Below the pieces are notes generated by a model. It did not search any database and was not told the DNA's origin. It worked only from the letters and a program-made list of their open reading frames with translations. Positions 17,253-28,056 of a DNA stretch of 64,000 nt are shown here, piece by piece. The translations under genes were made by a program, and so were the position numbers. The stretch is from Myxococcota bacterium (GTDB taxonomy: Bacteria; Myxococcota_A; UBA9160; UBA4427): contig JAYGCV010000021.1 of assembly GCA_046583195.1 (NCBI GenBank), positions 11,660 through 75,659 of the forward strand, read 5' to 3'. The stretch's first letter is position 1. The number at the start of each line of letters is the position of its first letter.

Positions 17253-18793
17253 TTCGCGAGTGGGGAGGCGGGCTCGCAGTGAGCCGCGCAACGCTGGGGG
17301 TGGCCGCTGTAGGGCTCCTCTTCGCGGGCCTCGTGATCGACCGCGCGTGGGTCTCCGACGACGCCTACATCACCTTTCGCAGCGTCGACAACTTCCTCGC
17401 GGGCCACGGTCTGCGCTGGAACGTCGCCGAACGCGTACAGGCCTACACCCACCCGCTGTGGATGTTTCTCGTGGCCGGCGCCACTGCACTCTCCGGGGAC
17501 GTCCACGGTGCTTCGCTCGGCCTCTCGCTCGGCCTGTCTTTCGCAGCCGTGTGGGTGCTCGCCCGGCGCGTGGCCCGAGGGCCGATGGCGGCCCTCGTAG
17601 CCCTCGCACCGCTGATCGCGTCGACTGCCTTCCTCGATTACTCGACTTCGGGTCTCGAAAATCCCCTGCTCCATTTTCTGCTCGCGGCCTTCTTGTGGCG
17701 ACTCTTCTCGGACCGCGAGCCCGAAACCCGGCTGCTGCACCTCTCGCTGCTCGTCTCCGCATTGGTGCTCACGCGGCCCGATGCCGTGCTGCTGGTCGGA
17801 CCGGTTCTTGCGGCGCTGGGCTACCGGGGGCGGGGTCAACGCCCACTCGCTGGCATTGCGCTGGGCCTGCTTCCACTCGCTGCCTGGGAGTGTTTCTCGG
17901 TCGTCTACTACGGCTTCCCGCTCTCCAACACGGCCTACGCGAAGCTCGGGACCGGCATCGAAGCCGCGGCGCTGTGGCAGCAGGGGGGCCTTTACTTCCT
18001 CGACTCTCTTCGGAGCGACCCCGCAACGCTCGTCTTTACCGGACTCGGGATCGGCTGGGCGATAGGGCGCGGAAAGAGCAGCGATCGCCTGCTCGCCACC
18101 GGCGCAATCCTCTACCTGCTCTACGTGGCGACGATCGGCGGCGACTTCATGCGCGGCCGCTTCCTGGCAGCGCCCCTCTTCCTGGCCTGTGGCCTGCTGG
18201 CGCGCGTCCCCATAGCGAGGGTTCGCAGCGTCGCGGTCGTCTTCGTCGCGGCATTCCTGTTGGCGGCAATCGGGACGAGTCCGCCCTGGAACCCTCGCGG
18301 CCATCATCAGATCGGGATCGGGCCTTCCCCTGCGCGCCACGGGATCGTCGATGAGCGCGCGCTCTACGCGGAACACACGGGGCTGATGGAACGGCTCACC
18401 GGCCTCGGCCACCCGTCGCAACATCCCTACGCAATCCGCGGTCTCAGTCTCCGACGAACCGGCGGCAGAGGCGGTGCCGGCCAGGCCCTCGGCCTCTACG
18501 GCTACTACGCCGGGCCGGGGGTACACATTCTCGACGTCGTCGCCCTCACCGACCCCCTCCTGGCACGACTCCCGGCGCGCTCCGGCCGTTGGCGGATCGG
18601 CCACTTCGAAAGAGCGATCCCACCTGGCTATGCCCGCAGCCTCGACGAGGGTCAGAACCGGATCACCGACCCTGCACTGGCCGATTACTATGAAGACCTG
18701 CGACGCGTGACCCGCGGGCCCCTCTTCAGCGTTCCGCGTTGGCGCGCCATCGGGCGCCTCAACTTCGAGGCGGCGCCCGAAACCGCGAAATAG
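17249..18793 (+). CDS. polytopic membrane protein, GT-C-like glycosyltransferase candidate (DD loop motif)
   Basis: Frame of ORF 16208..18793. GTG 17249 overlaps the upstream TGA (GTGA, 17249-17252). TM1 is followed by RAWVSDDAYITFRSVDNFLAGHGLRWN. From memory this D-D-x-[FY]-I-[ST]-F-R loop is found in arabinofuranosyl/other GT-C-type transferases. Multi-TM core with a soluble C-terminal ~150 aa. Confidence 0.6.
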   Translation: MIREWGGGLAVSRATLGVAAVGLLFAGLVIDRAWVSDDAYITFRSVDNFLAGHGLRWNVAERVQAYTHPLWMFLVAGATALSGDVHGASLGLSLGLSFAAVWVLARRVARGPMAALVALAPLIASTAFLDYSTSGLENPLLHFLLAAFLWRLFSDREPETRLLHLSLLVSALVLTRPDAVLLVGPVLAALGYRGRGQRPLAGIALGLLPLAAWECFSVVYYGFPLSNTAYAKLGTGIEAAALWQQGGLYFLDSLRSDPATLVFTGLGIGWAIGRGKSSDRLLATGAILYLLYVATIGGDFMRGRFLAAPLFLACGLLARVPIARVRSVAVVFVAAFLLAAIGTSPPWNPRGHHQIGIGPSPARHGIVDERALYAEHTGLMERLTGLGHPSQHPYAIRGLSLRRTGGRGGAGQALGLYGYYAGPGVHILDVVALTDPLLARLPARSGRWRIGHFERAIPPGYARSLDEGQNRITDPALADYYEDLRRVTRGPLFSVPRWRAIGRLNFEAAPETAK

Positions 18794-18830
18794 CGATCGC
18801 TGACCGGCGACTCGCTGGCTTCGCGAAAAC

Positions 18831-21035
18831 TCAGATCAGATCGAGATTCGCATAGCGAACCATGATCGTCTTCATCCCGACGCGATCGAAACGAATCCGA
18901 AGCTTCGTATTCGTCCCGGACCCGACCGACTGGAGAATCGTTCCGTCGCCAAAGACCGCGTGCCGCACGCGTTGGCCTTCCGGTACGGCCCCGGATTCGT
19001 TCGGCTCCTGGGAATACGAGTAGTCGAGCGAACTGCCCCCCCCCGAGCGCACGCTTCGTCCTCCATAACGCCCCCGGCGACCGGCCTCCGAGGTCGTCTC
19101 TTCGAGCCACTCGTCGGGGATCTCGTCGAGAAAACGCGAGGGCGACTGGTAATTTACCGATCCGAAGCGGCGGCGTTCGTCGGCCGCGGTGAGCGTGAGC
19201 GTTTCCATCGCGCGAGTCATGCCCACGTAACACAGGCGCCGCTCTTCCTCGAGGCCGTCTTCGTCGGACATCGCCGAAGCGTGGGGGAAGATTCCTTCTT
19301 CCATGCCCACCAGGAAAATATGCGGAAACTCGAGACCCTTCGCGGAGTGCACGGTCATCAGCGAGACACACTCGGCGCGCTCCCGGTAGTTGTCGAGGTC
19401 CGCGATCAGCGCCACCTGATCGAGATAGATCTCGAGGCCGCTCCGCTCCTCGGAGCCCAGCACCTCGGCATTCGCCAGATGAAAATCCTCGGCCCCCACC
19501 ACCCACTCGGCGAGGTTGCCGAGGCGCGATTCGGCCTCGGGGGTCGCCTCGTTCTCGAGGGCACGCCGCATTCCCGACTCTTCGAGCACCCGCGAGGCGA
19601 TTTCGTGCACCGGGTCGGTCTTGATCCCCTCGCGCATAGCCTCGATCCACTCGAGAAAGGCGCGAACCTTTGCGGCGGTGCGGCCTCCGGATTCGGAGGC
19701 GTATTCGAGGAGACCCTCCTGCAGCGAAAGGCCACCGCGGGCCGCCCGCTCTGAAGCGCGGTCGAGGGTCGTCTTTCCGATCCCACGAGCCGGCCGGTTC
19801 ACGATTCGCCGCAGCGCCTGGTCGTCCCTCGGGTTCACCAGCAGGCGCAGATAGGCAAGCGCGTCCTTCACCTCGGCACGTTCGTAGAAGCGAACCCCAC
19901 CCACCACGGTGTAGGCGATGTCGTACTTGAGGAGCTCTTCCTCGAAAACGCGCGATTGGTTGTTGGTGCGGTAGAGGATTGCGTGCGCACCGAAAGAGGC
20001 GCCGCCGTCTACCGAGCTCAGGATGCGACGAATGACCTCTTGCGCCTCTTCTCGATCGTTGAGGGCGTCGAAGCGGGCGATCTTCGCGCCACTGCTTCGC
20101 TCGGTGAACATTTCCTTGTCCTTGCGGCCGGCGTTGTTCTTGACGACTGCCGTGGCCCCCGAGAGGATCGGCTGGGTCGAGCGATAGTTCTGCTCGAGCT
20201 TCACAACCGCAGCTTCTGGGTGGTCTCGTTCGAAGTCGAGGATGTTGCGGATGTCCGCACCTCTCCAGGCGTAGATCGACTGGTCCGGATCCCCCACCAC
20301 GCAGAGATTTGCGCGCTCGCCTGCGAGCAGACCGACAAGGTCGTATTGCACGCGGTTCGTGTCCTGGTATTCGTCGACCAGGATGTACTGCCAGCGACGC
20401 CGGTAGTGGGCCAGCACCTTGGGAGTGCGCCGGAAGAGCTCGACGGTGAGCAGGAGCAGGTCGCCGAAATCGAGGGCGTTCGAGTCTGCCAGCAGCTTCT
20501 GGTAGCCCGCGTAGAGGTCGGCGTTCAGCTCGTCGCCCCCGAACCCCGACTCCTGGGCGAGATGCGACGGCAGCCAGCCCGCGTTCTTCCATTGGTCGAT
20601 CCGCCAGCGAATGCGTTTCGGGTCGTGGACCTTGGGGTCCAGGGAACGTCGCTTCAGCAGCTCCTTCACGACCCCGAGACTGTCCCCCTCGTCGTAGATC
20701 ACAAAGCCCCGCGAGCGCCCAAGGTGGCCGATTTCGCGGCGCAGGATGCGCACGCAGACCGAGTGGAAGGTGCCGAGCCAGAGTTCTCGGGGTTCCCCGC
20801 CGAGATGCTTTTCGACGCGTTCGCGCATCTCGCCCGCGGCCTTGTTCGTAAAGGTCACCGCAAGGATCGATTCGGCGGGGATGCCGCAGACCTCGATCAG
20901 GTAGGCGATCCGCGAGGTGAGCACGCGGGTCTTTCCACTCCCCGCACCAGCCAGGACCAGCAGCGGCCCTTCGGTGGTCTTTACCGCCCGGGTCTGTTCC
21001 GGATTGAGCCCTTCAAGAATCGACTCGACCGACAC
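18831..21035 (-). CDS. uvrD: ATP-dependent DNA helicase UvrD/PcrA family
   Basis: 734 aa with GTG start. LNPEQTRAV...LVLAGAGSGKTRVLT (Walker A), ILVDEYQDTN, and the SF1 helicase motifs VGDPDQSIYAWRGA, QNYRST, TVHSAKGLEF and YVGMTRA. Confidence 0.95.
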   Translation of the reverse strand: MSVESILEGLNPEQTRAVKTTEGPLLVLAGAGSGKTRVLTSRIAYLIEVCGIPAESILAVTFTNKAAGEMRERVEKHLGGEPRELWLGTFHSVCVRILRREIGHLGRSRGFVIYDEGDSLGVVKELLKRRSLDPKVHDPKRIRWRIDQWKNAGWLPSHLAQESGFGGDELNADLYAGYQKLLADSNALDFGDLLLLTVELFRRTPKVLAHYRRRWQYILVDEYQDTNRVQYDLVGLLAGERANLCVVGDPDQSIYAWRGADIRNILDFERDHPEAAVVKLEQNYRSTQPILSGATAVVKNNAGRKDKEMFTERSSGAKIARFDALNDREEAQEVIRRILSSVDGGASFGAHAILYRTNNQSRVFEEELLKYDIAYTVVGGVRFYERAEVKDALAYLRLLVNPRDDQALRRIVNRPARGIGKTTLDRASERAARGGLSLQEGLLEYASESGGRTAAKVRAFLEWIEAMREGIKTDPVHEIASRVLEESGMRRALENEATPEAESRLGNLAEWVVGAEDFHLANAEVLGSEERSGLEIYLDQVALIADLDNYRERAECVSLMTVHSAKGLEFPHIFLVGMEEGIFPHASAMSDEDGLEEERRLCYVGMTRAMETLTLTAADERRRFGSVNYQSPSRFLDEIPDEWLEETTSEAGRRGRYGGRSVRSGGGSSLDYSYSQEPNESGAVPEGQRVRHAVFGDGTILQSVGSGTNTKLRIRFDRVGMKTIMVRYANLDLI

Positions 21036-21162
21036 GCATCCCTTCCCGGCAGGCTCCCCGCGAAGAAGCCGCGACCCACCGCGGCAGGCGGATGGATCGA
21101 GCCGAGCATAATCGAGTGCCGACCGGCACGGAAGGCGCCGGACGAAGATTCGCGCTGCGGGG

Positions 21163-22998
<1,836 letters not shown>

Positions 22999-23038
22999 GA
23001 CTGCTTCACTCCCGACCGGGGCTGCATGCCCCGTTCCT

Positions 23039-24376
23039 TCAATCGCTCTTCTTCGACGCCCTGCGCCGGGCCGCCCAACCCTCGATCTCTCGCTGCCGGG
23101 CGCGCGCAACCACCAGCGAATCCGCTGAGGCATCCTTTGTCACCGTTGAACCGGCGGCCACGAAACTGCCGTCTCCCAGGGACACCGGTGCAATCAGGTT
23201 GGCGTTGCAGCCGATGAAGACACCCCGACCGACCTTCGTCCGGTGCTTCGAAATGCCGTCGTAGTTCACGGTGATCGACCCACAGCCGAAGCTCGACCCC
23301 TCTCCGACGTCGGCGTCGCCGATGTACGAAAGGTGGTCGGCCTTTACGAAGGGCCCGAGCACGCTGTTCTTGATCTCGACATAGTTGCCGACGCGAACGC
23401 CCTGCATCAGGTGGGTCCCCGGGCGCAGGTGCGCACTCGGGCCGACCACTACGTCGTCGTCGAGGCGACTCGATTCGATGGTGCAGTGGGGCTTCAGATG
23501 AACCCCGCGGCCGATCACGCTGGCTCCCTTGATGATGCAACCGGGCTCGATCAGGGTGTCGGCACCGATTTCGACATCGACGTCGATGTAGCTGCTCTCC
23601 GGGTCCACCAGCGTAACGCCGCCCTGCATCAGGCGAAGAGCGGTGCGGCGGCGCAGAACCCGGGCGGCCTCTGCCAATTCGGCGCGCGTGTTGACCCCCA
23701 GACATTCCTCCGAATCCAAGAGGGTGAGCGCCTCGACGCGGTGCCCGCCTTCGACCGCGAAACCGACGAGGTCGGTCAGGTAGCGTTCGCCCTGGGCATT
23801 GTGGTCGTCGAGGGAGGCCAGGCCCTCGCGCAGCAGGCGGGCGTCGAAGAGATAGACGCCGGTGTTTCCTTCCTGGATCTCGAGTTCCTCGGGCGTCGCG
23901 TCGGTGACTTCGACGATCTTCGACACCGCGCCGGTGGCGTCGCGAACAACGCGCCCCGGGAGCGGCTCGGGCGAAGTCAGCATTGCCAGCGCCGCGCCGG
24001 TGCGCGCCTTGAAATCACGCAGTTCGAGCAGGGTCTCGCAGCGCAGCAGCGGCGTGTCGCCGTAGAGCACCAGCACGTCGCCTTCGTGATCCTCGAGCTT
24101 CGGCTGGGCCTCCTGCACCGCGTGGCCGGTTCCCTTCTGCTCGGCCTGGAGCACGAAGTCGGCGCGGCCGACGAAGGCGGCCCGAACCTCGTCGGCGTCA
24201 AACCCGACCACCACCAGAAGTCGCGAGGGCGCTAGCGCTTCGGCCTCTGACAGCACGTGCCCGAGCATCGGACGCCCGCACAACTCGTGCAGCACCTTCG
24301 CGCGAGCAGACTTCATGCGCGTCCCCTGGCCCGCGGCCAGAATGACGACTGCAATGTCCCTTGCGCTTTGCGCCAT
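23039..24376 (-). CDS. glmU: bifunctional UDP-N-acetylglucosamine diphosphorylase / glucosamine-1-phosphate N-acetyltransferase
   Basis: VVILAAGQGTRMKS pyrophosphorylase motif, and C-terminal left-handed beta-helix hexapeptide repeats. ATG 24376 is preceded by GAGGAGG (alternative ATG 24394). It lies upstream of glmS, as in the classic glmUS arrangement. Confidence 0.95.
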   Translation of the reverse strand: MAQSARDIAVVILAAGQGTRMKSARAKVLHELCGRPMLGHVLSEAEALAPSRLLVVVGFDADEVRAAFVGRADFVLQAEQKGTGHAVQEAQPKLEDHEGDVLVLYGDTPLLRCETLLELRDFKARTGAALAMLTSPEPLPGRVVRDATGAVSKIVEVTDATPEELEIQEGNTGVYLFDARLLREGLASLDDHNAQGERYLTDLVGFAVEGGHRVEALTLLDSEECLGVNTRAELAEAARVLRRRTALRLMQGGVTLVDPESSYIDVDVEIGADTLIEPGCIIKGASVIGRGVHLKPHCTIESSRLDDDVVVGPSAHLRPGTHLMQGVRVGNYVEIKNSVLGPFVKADHLSYIGDADVGEGSSFGCGSITVNYDGISKHRTKVGRGVFIGCNANLIAPVSLGDGSFVAAGSTVTKDASADSLVVARARQREIEGWAARRRASKKSD

Positions 24377-24616
24377 CGGCCTCCTCGCGGGCAATCCTGT
24401 GAAAACGCGCCGTCGAACCGGAAGGATGGCGCACAGCGGCTCGAATCGGTAACGATCCGCTCCGCTCCCCGCGCTGACCCCCCGGGGAGGAGCGACTCAC
24501 CCTACAGTGAGTGTCCCCGACGGCGTGTATCGTGTCACGGGTGCTCGCGACCGCGATGCGCGACGAACCGGACGCGCCCCCATTCTGCTCATCGCCTGCA
24601 CAACCCGGAGCCTTCG

Positions 24617-26401
24617 ATTCCGATCCACGGCAACACCCGCGGCCTCAAGGCCAGCCAGATCCGCGCGGCGACGAAGCTTTCGGGGCGGCGGATCCCGGCG
24701 GATCGCCTGATCACCCAGGAACTCGCCCGCGAACTCTGCGAACTCAGCTCGGAAATTCACCGGCAGGTCGGGGTGCTCGTCGATCGCCGGGGCGCCGTCT
24801 GTCACGTGATGGTGGGCGACGCCCACAGCATCGAAATGCCCGACTGGGGGCGACTGCGCGCGGGGCGAGGTCGGCTTCGCGGCCTTCGCTGCCTCCACAC
24901 GCACCTCGGCCAGGAAGGCCTGACCCGCGACGACGTCACCGACCTCGCACTCCTGCACCTCGACGCGATGGTCTCGATCCAAGCGGAGGAGGACGGGCTA
25001 CCCGGCCTCGCCTTCACGGCGACCCTCGAACCCGCCGGACGCCCCCTTGGGCCCAGCCCCGATGGCATCGAGCGGCTGCCGCCGGCTCCCCCCTCGCAAC
25101 TCGATTTCGATTTCCAGGTGTTCATCCGTGACCTCGAGGCAGAGCTTTCGCGCGACGCGGACACGAGCGAGGTCGGCCGCGACGACCGGGCGATCCTGGT
25201 CTTCGTTACGGCCGGACGAAACCGCGAAGATTGCGAGACCCATCTCGACGAGTTCCGCGAACTCGCGTACTCGGCGAATCTCACGGTGGTCGACGCAATC
25301 ACCCAGAATCGGCCTCGGGTCGACCCGAAGACCGTCATCGGCCGCGGAAAACTCCAAGACCTGGTGATTCGCGCCTTTCAGAGCGACGTCGACCTGGTGA
25401 TTTTCGACCAGGACCTGAATCCGACCCAGGCGCGCAACCTCGCGGACCGGATGGAACTACGGGTGATCGACCGGACCCAGTTGATCCTCGACATCTTCGC
25501 CCGGCGCGCCCGTTCTCGGGACGGAAAACTCCAGGTCGAGCTGGCCCAACTGAAGTACCGCCTTCCCCATCTCGCCCAGCGCAGCGACCTCTCGCTGTCG
25601 AGGCTGGCCGGGGGCATCGGGGGCCGCGGCCCGGGCGAAACACGCCTCGAAGTCGACCGGCGAAAAGTGCGTTCTCGCATCACCCGGCTCGAGTCCGAAC
25701 TCAAGAAGCTCGGAACCCAGCGAGCCAATCGCCGACGCCGCCGCAGCCGGCGCAACGTCCCGGTGCTCTCGATCGTCGGTTACACCAACGCCGGCAAGAG
25801 CACCCTCTTACGCTCGCTCACACGAGCCGACGTGCACATCGAGGACAAGATGTTCGCCACCCTCGACCCGGTGTCGCGCCGGCTTCGCTTCCCGCGCGAG
25901 CGCGAGGTGTTGATCACCGACACGGTCGGGTTCATCCGCGACCTGCCGCCCGATCTGGTGTCGGCCTTCGAGGCGACACTCGAGGAACTGCGCGATTCGA
26001 CTGCGCTACTCCACGTCGTCGATGCCGCAGCGCCGGACTTCGAGCGCCACATCGAAGCCGTCCACAAGGTGCTCGACGGCATCGGCCTCTCCCAGACACC
26101 GGAATTGCTGGTCTTCAACCAGATCGACCGGCTTCCTCCGGGGGAGGGCGAGGCACTGGCGAAGCGCTACGGAGGGGTGGCAGTGTCTGCGCTCAAGAAA
26201 AAGGGACTGCGCGAATTGCTTCTGCGAGCCGAAGACCTGCTCTGGCAGGAGGGCGTCTCTCCCGAGACCTTTGCCCGGATCGCGGGAATCAGCAACGAGG
26301 GGGAAACCGATGACAGCGCTTGGAACGACAATGCGAGCTACTCGAAGCCGGGTCGTGGGAACCGGGATGTACGTCCCGGAGAACGTCGTCACGAACGATG
26401 A
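24617..26401 (+). CDS. hflX: GTPase HflX (long form with N-terminal domain)
   Basis: Frame of ORF 24257..26401. Motifs include the HflX N-domain (DRTQLILDIFARRARSRDGKLQVELAQLKY, GPGETRLEVDRR), G1 VGYTNAGKSTL, DTVGFI and NQID. The start is uncertain. There is no in-frame ATG, GTG or TTG between the glmU start and the conserved HGNTRGLK segment. I place it at ATT 24617, preceded by GGAG at 24607-24610 (see findings). Confidence 0.8.
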   Translation: MPIHGNTRGLKASQIRAATKLSGRRIPADRLITQELARELCELSSEIHRQVGVLVDRRGAVCHVMVGDAHSIEMPDWGRLRAGRGRLRGLRCLHTHLGQEGLTRDDVTDLALLHLDAMVSIQAEEDGLPGLAFTATLEPAGRPLGPSPDGIERLPPAPPSQLDFDFQVFIRDLEAELSRDADTSEVGRDDRAILVFVTAGRNREDCETHLDEFRELAYSANLTVVDAITQNRPRVDPKTVIGRGKLQDLVIRAFQSDVDLVIFDQDLNPTQARNLADRMELRVIDRTQLILDIFARRARSRDGKLQVELAQLKYRLPHLAQRSDLSLSRLAGGIGGRGPGETRLEVDRRKVRSRITRLESELKKLGTQRANRRRRRSRRNVPVLSIVGYTNAGKSTLLRSLTRADVHIEDKMFATLDPVSRRLRFPREREVLITDTVGFIRDLPPDLVSAFEATLEELRDSTALLHVVDAAAPDFERHIEAVHKVLDGIGLSQTPELLVFNQIDRLPPGEGEALAKRYGGVAVSALKKKGLRELLLRAEDLLWQEGVSPETFARIAGISNEGETDDSAWNDNASYSKPGRGNRDVRPGERRHER

Positions 26402-27341
26402 CCTGGCGAAGCAGATCGACACCAGTGACGAATGGATCGTGAAGCGGAGCGGAATCCGCGAACGCCGCTGGGTCGTAGAAGGCCAGACCCCCGTCGACCT
26501 GGCCGAGGCGGCTTCGCGCGAAGCGCTGGCAGACGCCGGCCTCGAAGCCTCCGATATCGACTGCATCCTGCTCTCGACGCTCTCCCCGCAACACGATTTC
26601 CCCGGAACCTCCTTCTTCCTCCACGGTCGCCTCGGTGTCGCCGAGATCCCCTGCATCGATCTGCGCGCCCAGTGCAGCGGCTTCCTCTACGCCCTCGATT
26701 TCGCCGACGCGCTGATCGTTTCGGGAAGACACCGGCGCATCCTCGTCGTGGGCTGCGAAGTCCACTCGACGGGGCTCGAAATCTCCGACCGTGGCCGCGA
26801 CGTCACGGTGCTCTTTGGCGACGGTGCCGGTGCGGTGATACTCGAAGCCAACGACGCACCGGAGGATCCGTCGGGCCTCCTCGAGATCCGCCTGCATGCC
26901 GAGGGCCGTCACGCGAAGCGGCTCTGGGTCGACGCACCGGGTTCTGCGAACGGTCCCGCCCGGCTGACGCACGAAATGATCGACGAGGGGCGCATCTACC
27001 CCATCATGGATGGCCGCTTCGTCTTCAAGCACGCGGTCACCCGGATGCCCGAAGTGCTACGCGAGACCCTCGACGCCGCCAGCTTGAAACTCGAAGACGT
27101 CGACCTCTTCCTCTTCCACCAGGCCAACCTGCGGATCAACGAATACGTGGCGCAGCAACTCGAGATCCCCGCCGACAAGGTCTTCAACAACATCGAGCGC
27201 TACGGCAACTGCTCCGCCGCGGCGATCCCGATGCTGCTGGCCGAGGCGAAGCGCGAGGGGCGTCTCAAGAAGGGCGATCTCGTCTCGATGACCGCCTTCG
27301 GCTCCGGCTTTACCTGGGCCAGCGCCCTGTTGCGCTTCTAG
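26310..27341 (+). CDS. fabH: beta-ketoacyl-ACP synthase III
   Basis: Frame of ORF 26022..27341, start ATG 26310 or ATG 26331. Motifs: VGTGMYVPENVVTNDDL, SDEWIVKRSGIRERR, active-site AQCSGFLYAL, HQANLRI and GNCSAAAIP (Cys-His-Asn triad context). Confidence 0.9.
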   Translation: MTALGTTMRATRSRVVGTGMYVPENVVTNDDLAKQIDTSDEWIVKRSGIRERRWVVEGQTPVDLAEAASREALADAGLEASDIDCILLSTLSPQHDFPGTSFFLHGRLGVAEIPCIDLRAQCSGFLYALDFADALIVSGRHRRILVVGCEVHSTGLEISDRGRDVTVLFGDGAGAVILEANDAPEDPSGLLEIRLHAEGRHAKRLWVDAPGSANGPARLTHEMIDEGRIYPIMDGRFVFKHAVTRMPEVLRETLDAASLKLEDVDLFLFHQANLRINEYVAQQLEIPADKVFNNIERYGNCSAAAIPMLLAEAKREGRLKKGDLVSMTAFGSGFTWASALLRF

Positions 27342-27519
27342 GCCGCACGGCACCCGGCGCGGCCCCGCGGCGGATCGCCTCCCACGGCGCCGCGGGCGAC
27401 CAGACCCTGCCGCAGCGCGTCGGATCGCCTCCACCGCACGGCGGTTCAATTACGCCGCGTCGCGTCGGAGTTATCAAACAAAATTCGTAACACTACGGTT
27501 TTATTGTAGTTTTATTCTA

Positions 27520-27547
27520 TTGCCACGCTGACGCATCGTGTTATAAT
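27520..27547 (+). promoter_or_regulatory. sigma70-type promoter for the phasin gene (-35 TTGCCA, extended -10 TGtTATAAT)
   Basis: TTGCCA at 27520-27525, a 16-nt spacer, TG at 27539-27540 and TATAAT at 27542-27547. It is preceded by an AT-rich tract (27478-27519) with two TTTTATT repeats, which is UP-element-like. It lies ~95 nt upstream of ATG 27640, which has the AAGGAGA Shine-Dalgarno at 27624-27630. This is one of the few AT-rich intergenic stretches in the window. Confidence 0.55.
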
Positions 27548-27574
27548 GCACCGCGTCATCAGCTCTAACAGCTC

Positions 27575-27595
27575 TCGCGGGCAAAGAGCCCGCGG
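27575..27595 (+). other. 5' leader hairpin upstream of the phasin gene
   Basis: tCGCGGGC aaaga GCCCGCGg: a 7-bp G+C stem plus one G-U pair and a 5-nt loop. It lies between the predicted -10 and the SD. Function unknown. Confidence 0.35.
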
Positions 27596-27639
27596 CCTGG
27601 TCCCCGGACCAGATCAATAGAAAACGAAGGAGATCCAAC

Positions 27640-28005
27640 ATGGCAGCAGAAACGAATCCCGTTGGCGACGCCATCGATCGCGTCGAGGGGGCCCTCCGCT
27701 CGGCCTCGGACGAATTCGACCGACTCAAGGGCAAGGCCGAGAAGCGCTTCTCGTCCTTCGAGAAGGAAGCGCAGAAGCGCCTCGAGCAATTCCGAAGCGA
27801 CTTCGTGGATACCGATTTTGGCAAGCGCGCCGAATCCCTGCGCGCCGAGGCGACCAGCAAGGCCGAGGCCGGGATCGAAACGATCCTCGGCAGCCTCGGG
27901 GTGGCTTCGTCCAAGGAAGCCGAGAAGCTCGACCGCAAGCTGAACCGCATCAGCCGGCGCCTCAAGAAGCTCGAAGTCGAGAAGGTCGACTCTCCGCAGC
28001 TCTAG
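27640..28005 (+). CDS. phasin-family (polyhydroxyalkanoate granule-associated) protein
   Basis: 121 aa, predicted all-helical and Lys/Glu/Ala-rich. The C-terminal LGVASSKEAEKLDRKLNRISRRLKKLE matches the phasin/PhaF-type motif (LG.AS..dve.L..ki..L..rl) that I recall. Strong SD, promoter and terminator flank it. Confidence 0.65.
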   Translation: MAAETNPVGDAIDRVEGALRSASDEFDRLKGKAEKRFSSFEKEAQKRLEQFRSDFVDTDFGKRAESLRAEATSKAEAGIETILGSLGVASSKEAEKLDRKLNRISRRLKKLEVEKVDSPQL

Positions 28006-28056
28006 AGCGAGAGGACGTCGCGGGTTCGCCAGGGAACCTGCACCTCAACCCGGAAC

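Noticed and set aside
22999-23038. Possible glmS ribozyme or other leader upstream of glmS
   Set aside because: Only 40 nt separate the glmU stop from the glmS start, far too short for the ribozyme. The ribozyme is also characteristic of Gram-positive lineages. glmU-glmS are simply co-transcribed.
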